A program made the translations under genes and the position numbers. This document shows, piece after piece, positions 47,473 through 58,301 of a stretch of DNA of 64,000 bases. The notes under the pieces were generated by a model that saw nothing but the letters and a program-made list of their open reading frames with translations, did not search any database and was not told the origin of the DNA. The stretch is from Reclinomonas americana ATCC 50394. Taxonomy: Eukaryota. Location of the stretch: contig PS015059.1 in assembly GCA_048213135.1 (NCBI GenBank), positions 44,231-108,230 on the forward strand, written 5' to 3'. Within the stretch, counting starts at the first letter, position 1. Each line of letters starts with the position of its first letter.

Positions 47473-48163
47473 CTAGTTTTCGATCACATTGACGACATTG
47501 ATGCTCTTGGTGTCGAAGGGCAAGTCCGACAGCGTCAGCGGGTCAGGCAATGCTGAGTTGGGATCATCGAGCATGAACAGTTCCTGTGCACACACAACAA
47601 GCTCAGAGACAGCAGCACAGCAGAGAGAGCGAACAGTCATGCCACTCACCACTGAGCCATACTCCAGCTCAAATTCGCGATCAAGGAACTCCTTGAGGAA
47701 GGCAATGGTGTGGCCGAGCTTGAACTGGTGTGCAGGGGGAGAGAGACAAGTCGCGGCTGCAGATGAGCATGGCGCGAAAAGACAGACTGACACGCACACA
47801 CACACGCACACACACAAAGACGTGCGTGTGAGAGAGTGGTGCACGCAACATCCTGCTGCGACTCGCCCTTGCCTTGCGGCAAGCGGAAGAGCACGCGAAT
47901 GGTCTGACCCATCAGCTCAATTTCCTGCGCCAATGCACACACACACACACACACACGCACAGACAGAGAGAGTGAGCACGCGCACACACACTGCCTCTAT
48001 CTCTTGCGCACACCTGTCGCTCGAGATCATCATGCGAGGAGCCCATGTGAGCCTCAGGAATGGACAATCCGCCCAGCACGCCTCCTGCGCCTGAGCGCCC
48101 GCCTCCGCGCGAGCCACCCTCGCCCTCGTCGCCGCTGTCAAAGTCACGCTCGTCGTCGCTCAT
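47473..48163 (-). CDS. Small protein with acidic N-terminus and a predicted ubiquitin-like (beta-grasp) domain
   Basis: MSDDERDFDSG...LERQ|EIELMGQTIRVLFRLPQG...QD|FKLGHTIAFLKEFLDREF...|ELFMLDDPNSALPDPLTLSDLPF...VNVIEN*; four in-frame exons; no C-terminal GG. Confidence 0.65.
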
Positions 48164-50313
48164 TGTGTGTCGTTCAGAGGGGGGGTCCCTGACAAGTGGG
48201 GGACGCGGGGACACCCTTCTTTGTGACCAGTGGAGGGCAGGGGACTTCTTGCAGAAAATGGGTTGGGGGTGGGGGACGTTGGCGTGCTCGAGGTGGGGTG
48301 CAGAGGTCCCCCGAACACGCCAACACAGCTGACACAAGATGACTTCCAACTGACAGTTTACAGTTTACACAAGAAACAGACCAGCTCGGAAGCGAAACAG
48401 CGACTCGTGCAAGGCCTCGCACATACATACTGGCATGATACGCACCAACTTCGTCGGTTTCTTGCGTCATTGTCACGCTGCACAAGAGCGGCCATGCATG
48501 TGCAAGTCCCCAGACGTTTTAGCGGAATGGCCGAAGATGCGCGCGCCCGCCATGCCAGAGTGGTTGCCCTCGTTCGCAGACGCATGCGGCAGACATACTG
48601 ACAGTGATTGTATCGTGTGTGTCATTGCTCAGAATCGCGACGACCCAAGGTTGCAAGCGTTTTGACATTAACAAAACATATCTAGAGCATTTCACTTGTA
48701 CGACTTCCATATACTTTATTCAAAGGTTCAGTCAACTTTGACAGTGGAAAACCGCACATGATGCAACATGCCAGTCAACCATTAATCGTACTTCTTCCAA
48801 AGTTGCTTCGCTTTACTGTAATTTGTATTCCACGACGGCACGATACGACTTCAGTCTTCTGATACCAACACCTCTTGCTATCTTTCTCGTTTCCTTTCTG
48901 GAATTCGGCGTCAAATCCATGCTTGTCATGAGCCGTGGTTTCTCTTGCAGAAACACCAGCATTAGCCATCTCGACTTTTTCTCGCTTTTTTTCGTGATGT
49001 CTGAGTTTCTGGTGCTCACTGAAGATGGTGATCATCATGCAGCTGTGTTGCTGTTTGGATTAGTAAAGTTGTTGTTGTTGTTGTTGTTGTCCATCCAGTC
49101 GATGGGACCGCAGCTGATCACGTTGGGCGTCGTTGTTGCGTAAAGCCAGCAAACGCACTCATTAACTTGTCGAGCAGCACCCTCCACGACGGTGTCCACC
49201 CTCTGTCACATATGAATGGGAATGACCAGCAAAACTAGAACTCAAAAAACAGAAACGCGCTTCGCGCGGCTTGCATTTCAAACTGTCTTCAACTGGATTC
49301 TCTGCGCGCCACGCGCGCGCGCACGCAACCGTACTTTGTTCGTAGGCGCGTCAGACGCGCATCCCCGCAGCGCGGACTGCTTGCACATGCAGAGTATCGC
49401 ACGTGCACGCACCACAGCAGCGGAAAACACTGCAATAGTCGCCTTGTCACCCACCCGTCGCTCGCCGACCCACTTCAGGAGCCGGCACGCCGTCGACCAT
49501 CACCACCACTCTCCCCAGTCCAAATATGCACGCTTCACCAACACATGCGTACCCTGCAGCTGCCGTGTGCAGTCGGATCGAAGAGCGCGCGCACAGCAGT
49601 GCTATGTGCTGCAGGCAGCGCTTGAGGCGTACAAGGAACACCCTGGATCGGAGCTACTCGGCCTGAGGATGGCTGCACGCGATGCACAAGAGAGCGATGG
49701 GAGCACGCGCACAAGTGAGAAACGTGGTGCCGAGAAGAGGGTGACAGTGCGATGCAATCTCCGCCAGTGCATCGCAAGGCACAGAGGGATCGCGCGGCTC
49801 CAAGAGTGGCACACACGAACTTCAACGGGTAGGCCCACAGGCGCACAGCACTCAAAGAGGAGTGGGAGTAAAACAACACAACCTGGCACACATCCACATA
49901 TCCGACACAAAAATGACATAAATCCTTGTCAGAGAGCAAGGCCAGACTGCAAAAAAGCGGCCACTGGCGTGCTTGGGGGATAGGGCGACAATGGACAGCA
50001 CACTGGAGCCGAGCAGCACTGCGCGCGACGAGTCCACTTCCATTTTTCGACATTCTTGGTGTGCTGAGCACAAAAGAATGCTCTAACACTCGCCTGAGCG
50101 TGAGTAGGGTGGGGGACTGGGTGGAGGCTACGGAGGGGTGGGGGACGCCGCGGAGCGGCCGGAAAAAGGTTGGGGACAGAGACTATCCAAAGCGAGCCAA
50201 ATGACCCCGGACCCCTGTTCAGTGAAGAGAAGGGCCGAGAAGGACAGTTCTCGTTCGTTGGCGGCGTTCCCGCGCTTTGTGCATTGTCCTCACTTTGACG
50301 GCGCGAGAGAGCG

Positions 50314-53300
50314 ATGGATGAGCTGTGCAGTCAGCTGTCCTCATTGACTGTTGCGTGCTTGCCTGTGTGTGCGTGCGTGCGCGTGCGCGTGTGCATGTGT
50401 GCTGACTTTGATCGCGCAGGTTCGTGATGCGACGCAGGTGAGTCTGTGCACTCACGCCTCTGTCTCTCTCCCTCTCCTTCCCTGCTTCTTTGTCTCTCTA
50501 CCTCTTCTCGCTGTGTTGGTCTCGCGCGTTTCATTTGAGCCGACGCAACGATCATTTCGATCTGTACTGGATCGTTGATTTTGCTGGCGGGTTGTTGTCT
50601 GATCGTTTCCGTTGCTGATCGGTGGGTGGCTGGCCAGGTGACGTCGGCTGCGGCTGATGCGCAGGTGCGGCGCGCTCTTTTTTTTTGTGCTCCTTGTTCG
50701 ATTTTGTGTGTACCTGTGCACCTTACATAAGAATGTGCAAAGGCGGCGGCATCATCACCGCCAAAGAAGAAGATCACCAAGCGCATGCGCGAAGACTACA
50801 ACAGGCACATTGCGGAGGGCAAGCAGTTTGAGGTCTGTTGGTGCGACGGCACGCCACCCGCTCTCTCTCTCTCTCACACTCGTTGGTGGCAGACGGAGGA
50901 GGACTGGCGTCGTGCGTTGATGGCGTACGAGAGGGCAGCGGTCATCAGCAGCAATGATGCAGCACTGCAAAAGAAGATTGCAAAGCTGCAGGTGTGTGGT
51001 CCTGCACACATGGTGAGCGCACATGTGTGGCTGAGTGTGATGATAGGGTCGAGTGGCGGCCGCCAACGCTTCTGCTGTCGCCGCCGCCTCCACCACACCC
51101 TCGTCGTCCAAGGCTTCGGCTGCAGCGCCGGCCGCAGTCGCGCGGGTGCGCACTGTGGCGCCCTTTGAGGACGAGTTCCGCATGTCGGCCAGTCACTACG
51201 AGCAGTTGCATCAGTATCAGTGCGAGGGCGTCAAGTGGCTGTGGCGCATGCACGTGGTGGGCCGTGGATGCGTGCTGGGTGTTGCGTCTGTTGCCATCTC
51301 TCTCTCCTCTCCCTTGATTGCGGCTGCTGACGCCCACAGGTGCGCAGGATGACATGGGTCTCGGCAAGACCGTGCAGCTCTGTGCCTTCCTCAACGGCCT
51401 GTTCACGTCGAGCCTCATTCGCACGTGTCTGTTGGTGCTTCCGCCGAGTCTCCTCGGTAACTGGAAGCGACACTTGGCCGAATGGTGAATCAGTGAGCCG
51501 CTTATCTGTGCTGGTGTGCCTGTTCTCACGTCTTGCGCCAGGTGCCCCGCGGTTCGCGTCGAAGAGTTCCACGGCAACAAGACCAATCGACGCGACCTGG
51601 CCGTCGACACCATTCACAAATACGGGGGCGTGTGCTTGACCACGTACGGTGAGTTGCAACATCGCTGCAACGGTCTCTTTGTCACTGCTTGTCTCACTGC
51701 GGTGGCGAGCAGGCATGATGATCAGCGCCAACGCCGATACCATCATGAATGCGCCCGAGTGGGACTACTTGATTCTCGACGAAGGCCATCTGCTGAAGAA
51801 CACTGCCACGAAGCGCGCCAAGGCCATTCGTTGTGTGCCGGCCAAGATGCGAGTGGTGGCCAGTGGAACGCCGGTGCAGAATAACTTGGGAGTTGAGTGT
51901 GTCGACTGCCTGGTGACCAGTGCATGCATCGCCTCACACTTGTTTTTCTCATCTCCTGCCTGCAGGAACTGTGGGCGATTTTCGACTTTGTCACTGATGG
52001 CACTCTGCTTGGCGACAAGCGCGACTTTCGACAGGACTTTCAGATCCCCATTGAGAAGGTGTCGCGCTCACTGTGCGTTCAACACTGCGTTGTCTTGCAT
52101 CCTCATCCATCGTTCAGGCAAACGAGCGCGATGCAAGCACGTCGGCCAAGGCGCTGGGCCAGCGTCTCATGCAGCGTCTCTTGTCCATCATTCAGCCGTA
52201 CTTTTTGCGCCGCGAAAAGAGTCAAGTGATGAGCTGCGGCGCCGAGCCTTCGTCGTCATCGTCGGCAGCAGCGGATGGCGAGCCGGAGGGTGGCTCACCA
52301 TCGACTGGCAAAGAGAACCGGGTGAGGCGCCGGTGTTGGTGAATCGTGCCTCCACTTGTCATGCCCGTGAGCGACTCACTTGCGCGCGCAGGGCGCATCA
52401 CAGATCCAGCGACAGCATTCGACGCTGAGTGTCCGCAAGAATGACTTTATCGTGTGGACGTATTTGAGCCCGCGCCAGCTGTCGATGTATGAAGACTTTT
52501 TGAGCAGCGAGCGAGTCGAGCGGGTGAGTGTGATACAAGCTGCGCTTGTGTGCTTGTGCTCACGGCACGCTGACGTGACTGTCGTGCAGGTGTTCCAAGA
52601 CATTTCGTCGCCCTTGGAGGCGCTGACAGCGTTGAAGAAGTTGTGCGACCACCCGCTGTTGGCGCACGTCGGCGATGCATTCAACGAAGTGTTTTTGCCG
52701 ATTCGTGTCGAGTTGCGTGGCAGAAAAACACGCTTCGTTTTGTATTCGATTCCTCCCCGTTGCTTACTATGTGGGATGTGAGTAGTTTTGATGAGGAGAA
52801 GAGAGCGCAGCTGATAGAGGAGAGTGGCAAGCTGGTGTTCCTCACCAACCTGCTGCGCGACTTGTTTGCCGACGGCCATCGCGTGCTGATCTTCAGTCTG
52901 TCTACGCGCATGTTGGATATTGTGGAGCTGTTGCTGAAGAATGTTGCGTGTGTGGCTGAAGTAAGTGGACAGAGCGATGCGCAAGCAATCGCTGACGCGG
53001 GGAGCGCGCAGGTGTACTCGTACGTGCGACTTGATGGGTCCGTGACGAAAATGTCGGATCGCGACGCCATCATTGAGAGTTTCCGCACCGACCCCTCTGT
53101 GTTCGCCTTTCTGTTGACGACTCAAGTCGGTGGCCTCGGCCTGACGCTGACCGAAGCTGATCGCGTGGTGATTTGTGAGTGGTTTTTCTCTTGGGCGCAG
53201 AAATTTGTCTTGTGCAGCACAAGTCGCTGACGTGTGCTGCTGCAGTGGATCCCTCGTGGAACCCGGCCACAGACAACCAGGCTGTGGATCGCGCGTACCG

Positions 53301-55657
53301 TCTGGGCCAGCGCCGCAACGTCGTCATCTATCGCCTGATCACCTGCGGCACCATCGAGGAGAAGATCTACCGCAAGCAGGTGTTCAAGAACGCGCTCATG
53401 AAGAGCACGAGTGAGAAGCGACAGCAGTACAGGTGTGTGTGCAGGTGATAAGTGATGGATGGCGTGCAGATGACTGACTGACTGACTTTGTGGTTCGGTC
53501 AGATACTTTTCGCGACAGGAGCTGCGCGATCTATTCAAGCTCGACGATCACCACATGTCGGAGACGCAGAAGCAGCTGCACGAGTTGCACGCACACCAGC
53601 GCGTCACTGATGCTGATTTGGATGCGCATTTGGAGCGCCTGTCGCAGTTTGGTGCGGCACTTCGTGTCGGTCGGTGCTCTCTATCTTTTTCTCACTCCCC
53701 ACGACAGGCATCTACGGTGTGAGTGATCATGATCTGTTGTTCAAGCGGGAGGTAGACGACGACGTGACGGACGCGGCGGCGCACCAACAGGTGTTGACTG
53801 TGGTACGTGCGCGTGAGTGTTTGTGGCGAGTGCTGCCGTGCAGTGCTGTTCGCCTGACGTGCGCATGGTCGTGCAGGTCGACAAGCGCACCGAGAAGCTC
53901 ATTCTCTCCTCTGCCACCAAGAAGAAGCCACCGGCACGTGATGACATACGCAGCACGCCATTTACCGTCAACCCTGGCGACAGGCCACTGCACAAACCAT
54001 CCGCACTGGTCACTGCACTGCAATCGGTGCCTCGCAGTCTGGCGCCACCCTCGGCGGGCAGTGCGACCTCCAATCGGTCGGTGCTGTGTACGTGATCGTT
54101 GTCCTCTTGTGCAACACAAGCTAACAGGCAGTGTGTCACAGATTTGTCGGAGCTAGCCAACCGCGGTTGTCGACAGAGAGCGAGTTGCGTGGCGGACGAG
54201 TGAGTTTGTTTGTGGCAAAAGAATGTGTTTGGCTGACATGCGAGGACGGCAGTGGACCGTTTGACTTTTCTGCCACTGCGCGCGTACTCGACGAGATCTC
54301 GAGCACGCTGCCGAAGGCCGAGAGGTCGTCAACAGGAGACGAGGCAGAGTGGCAGCCGGCGGCGGCACAAACGCCACCCAAACCCTCGCCTGCTCCTGCA
54401 CGACGCGTACTCATGTCACCGGAAGACGAGCCACTGCCGAAGCGACCGGTGCGGCCTGCCAGCGCCGCTGCACCGCCACCTGCCACAGGGCCGACACGTC
54501 GCGTGCTGGAGTCGCCTGCAGAAGATGAGGCGAGTCCTGCGCCGCCGCCCAAGTCCACCACACCTGCTCCAGCCCGCCGAGTGCTCATGTCGCCGGAAGA
54601 TGAGCCGCTGCCGAAGCGACCGCCAGCAGCAGCAGCAACAGCGGCGGCTGCATCCACGCGCCGTGTGTTGGAGTCGCCTGCGGAAGATGAGGCGACTCCT
54701 GCGCCGCCCAAGCCCACACCTGCCTCGGCCCGCCGAGTGCTCATGTCGCCGGAAGATGAGCCGCTGCCGAAGCGACCGCCACCAGCAGCAGCAGCGCCTG
54801 GACCCACACGCCGTGTGCTAGAGTCGTCTTTGGAAGATGAGGCGAGTCCTGCGCCGCCGCCCAAGTCCACCACACCTGCTCCGGCCCGCCGAGTGCTCAT
54901 GTCACCGGAAGACGAGCCGCTGCCGAAGCGACCGGTGCGGCCAGCTGCCACGGGGCCGGTGCGCCGTGTGCTGGAGTCGCCTGCAGAAGATGAGACGCCG
55001 CCGCCGCAGAAACCAGGACCTGTACGCCGGCCTTTCGGCTCGGACGCTTCGTCGTCGTACCGAACGGCGTCGATTGGTAACGATACCGGGAGCGGTGACC
55101 ACGATGACGATGATGCACCGGTTTTCATCACTCGTCCCGCTGCAACTCGATCGGTGGCCTCGGTTGGCGATGAGGACGAGGAGGAGGAAGAGGAGGATGG
55201 TGATTACGACGATGGCGACGACGAGGAAGAGGAAGAAGAGGCGGAGGAGGCAGGAGAGGAGTACGATGAGGACTCGGATGACGAGTTTTGTGCCCATCGA
55301 CAGTTTCAGCTGGTCATGGACACGACAACGGGCGAGATGAGCGTCGCTGACGAGGGTGACGAAGAAGAGGAGGCAGAAGAAGAAGAGGAGGAGGAGGAGG
55401 AAGAGGAGGACATGGATGACGACGGGCGGCGGGGCATGGTGGAGAGGTTCCGCGAGGAGTTCCTGGTGACCATCCCGCTGGAGAGTGTCACCATCGCCGA
55501 TCGTCGGCGCTACAATGCCCGTCTGCGGCAAGCGCGCCAGCTCGAAGCAGCAGGCGAAACGGAGGGCGCCCTGACCGCATACTTTGACTGCCTCGACATT
55601 TGCGACGCCGACCGCGATCTCCAGCTGCATGTTGCAGTGTTGTATCTCAAGAATTGA
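50314..55657 (+). CDS. ERCC6L: SNF2-family DNA translocase PICH/ERCC6L with N- and C-terminal TPR-like helices
   Basis: [124 protein letters not shown]; terminal [28 protein letters not shown]. Confidence 0.92.
54401..55030 (+). repeat. Coding tandem repeat in PICH: alternating [16 protein letters not shown] / [11 protein letters not shown] units (8 motifs)
   Basis: Directly visible in ORF 54131-55657. Confidence 0.9.
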
Positions 55658-55703
55658 GGCATGAAGGCGAGGCACCCTTGTGGGCATGGGCACCTGATAG
55701 CGC

Positions 55704-55775
55704 GGTGCCGTGGTCTAGTGGTATGATTCTCGCTTAGGGTGCGAGAGGTCGCGGGTTCAATCCCCGCCGGCGCCC
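55704..55775 (+). tRNA. tRNA-Pro (anticodon AGG), intronless
   Basis: GGTGCCG/CGGCGCC acceptor stem, TGGTCTAGTGG A box, CTCGC-TTAGGGT-GCGAG anticodon arm, GGTTCAATCC B box, followed by an oligo-T Pol III terminator. Confidence 0.97.
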
Positions 55776-55946
55776 CTTCTTTTTTTTCCTTTTTTCTTTT
55801 TTTTTTTTCCCTGTTTGTTTGCACGTGCCTTGATGGATCAAAGCAGCAGTGTGGTCTTTACAGGGACGGAGTGATCAGAGAAGGCCAGTGCGAAGCAAAC
55901 ATTGTCCGACAAGGACACGCGTACAACAAAACAAAACCAACAAAGG

Positions 55947-57009
55947 ATGCAAGACGACGCACTGCGCCTGCGCAAGATCGCCTTTGTGTCTTCGCTCGAT
56001 GGCACCACACCATGGAACGTGATGCTCACCATCTGCGTTCTCCCAGTGCGTCAGTCGTTCTCTGTTATTCATGCACCCACAATGTCATCGCTCACCTCCG
56101 CTGCGCGCAGACAGTGGAGCACGCACACGCACTGCTGGCACCGCTCATTCTGCGCTATGCCACCCCCGCCAGCTGGCGACGAGTCGTCTCTGCGGCACTC
56201 GACATTGCCTTGAAAGTGTGGCTGCCGCTCTTCTTCCTTACCGCCGGCTACGAGTGGTGGAAACGAGCAGAGTTCAGTGTGCCGCTGATGGTGGCGGTGC
56301 ATGCAGCTGCATGGATGATGATGACGAAGAACAAGGAGAAGGAGGAGAAGAAGGACGTGATGGGTCGACGACTGGGGTTTCTCAGTGCAACTCGCGCCAC
56401 GCTGATGATTGCCACTTGTTGCGTGCGAGCGAGCGTGTTGTGCTCTCCTCTCTCCTCACTCCTCACCATTTATCATCCTGTCGTGCACAGGCATCTCGAT
56501 CTTGGCGGTCGACTTTCCTGTGTTTGCTCGGGAGCTGGCCAAGACGGAGACGTACGGCTCGTCGCTGATGGATGTCGGTGTGGGAGTGTTTATCGTGTAT
56601 CTCGGCCTGGTGTCCAAGTCGACGGCAGTGGAACCGGTGCATGTTCCGCTGCGTGCACGACTGCGCCGTGTGCTGTTCGGCTCGGGTCCGCTGCTGTCGA
56701 TTGCGGTGGTGCGGCTGGTGGTCACTCGCCTGCTCAACTACCAGGAGCACGTCAGTGAGTATGGCGTGCACTGGAACTTTTTCGTGACCCTGGCCGTGAT
56801 GCTGGCCGTCGACTCGCTGGTCACCGTGCGCTCTCCCAAGGCGGCACTGATGGGTGCCGTGGGCATGCTGGTCGTGCATGAGGTGGTGGTGCTGCGGCTG
56901 CTCGGTGGCGCGGCGTACATTCTCGACGATTCGGTGCGCCACGCCAACCTGCTGGCGCAGAACAAGGAGGGCGTGCTGAGCCTCACGGGTGGGTGGCACG
57001 AAAGTAGGA

Positions 57010-57071
<62 letters not shown>

Positions 57072-57468
57072 GGTAGGTAGGTACGGTAGGTCGGTACGGT
57101 ACGGTACGTACGTACGGTACGGTCGGTACGGTACGGTACGGTACGTAACGAACGTAACGTACGTACGTACTTACGTTNNNNNNNNNNNNNNNNNNNNNNN
57201 NNNNNNNNNNNNNNNNNNNNNNNNNNNNNNNNNNNNNNNNNNNNNNNNNNNNNNNNNNNNNNNNNNNNNNNNNNNNNNNNNNNNNNNNNNNNNNNNNNNN
57301 NNNNNNNNNNNNNNNNNNNNNNNNNNNNNNNNNNNNNNNNNNNNNNNNNNNNNNNNNNNNNNNNNNNNNNNNNNNNNNNNNNNNNNNNNNNNNNNNNNNN
57401 NTACGAGTACGTACGTACGTAGACGTACGTACGAGAGTAGTACGACGTACGTACGTACGAGACGAGAG

Positions 57469-57511
<43 letters not shown>

Positions 57512-58242
57512 TGAGTGCGCGAGTACTGACTGCGTGACGTGCAGGATACACATCTCTGTATCTGTTTGGCGTGTGGACGGGCATGCTGGCCAACCGCACC
57601 TATTGTGCCTCACCCAAACGGCCATCCATGGTATGTGTGTGCCAGCTGTCTTGTCGTGTTTTGTCGACAGCAGTTTCTCATGTGCACCTTTGGCACAGCG
57701 CCCGCGCGTGGCCGCTGCTGTTGCTGCAGTGGTCCTGATTGTGAGCTTTGTGCTGGCGCACGTGTTGCAGCCGTCGCGTCGTCTGGTGTGTAGATTGCTT
57801 CCAGTGTGCAGACGAACCTGTCTTGGGTGCGCTAACTCGCACGAACAGCTCAATGCTGGCTACATTTGCCTGGTCATGGCGCTGGTGGCGACGCAGATGC
57901 TGATGCTCGCGTGGCCGGCGGGAGCGCGGCACGAGGAGAGTGCTCTTGTGCGCGCACTCAACGATAACGCCATGCTGGTGTTCCTTTTTGTTGCGTGGTG
58001 TGCGGTTTGTGCGTTGATGATCATCATCAATCCTGAAACCCCCCGTCATGCAGGCCAACTTGACGACGGGTGTGGCCAACTTCTCGCTGGTCACCATCGA
58101 CACCGAAGGTCCACTGGCCTACTTTGCTCTGCTGCTGCACTGTACGGCGTTTGCTGTGTTTGCACTGACACTGCGGTCGCGTGGCATCTCGTTTTCGATG
58201 CGCTCCCTCGTCAAGAAGGACGACGGCCTGAAGACCGAATGA
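55947..58242 (+). CDS. PIGW: GPI inositol acyltransferase PIG-W / Gwt1
   Basis: KIAFVSSLDGTT, IAT|CISILAVDFPVFARELAKTETYGSSLMDVGVG, YQEHVSEYGVHWNFFVTL, QNKEGVLSL, PSRRL|LNAGY, NAMLVFLF|ANLTTGVAN. Confidence 0.95.
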
Positions 58243-58301
58243 GAGATGCGGGCGCGGGCACACGAGCGTCGCAGGAATTTTACTCCTGCAAGCCAGCGCA
58301 C

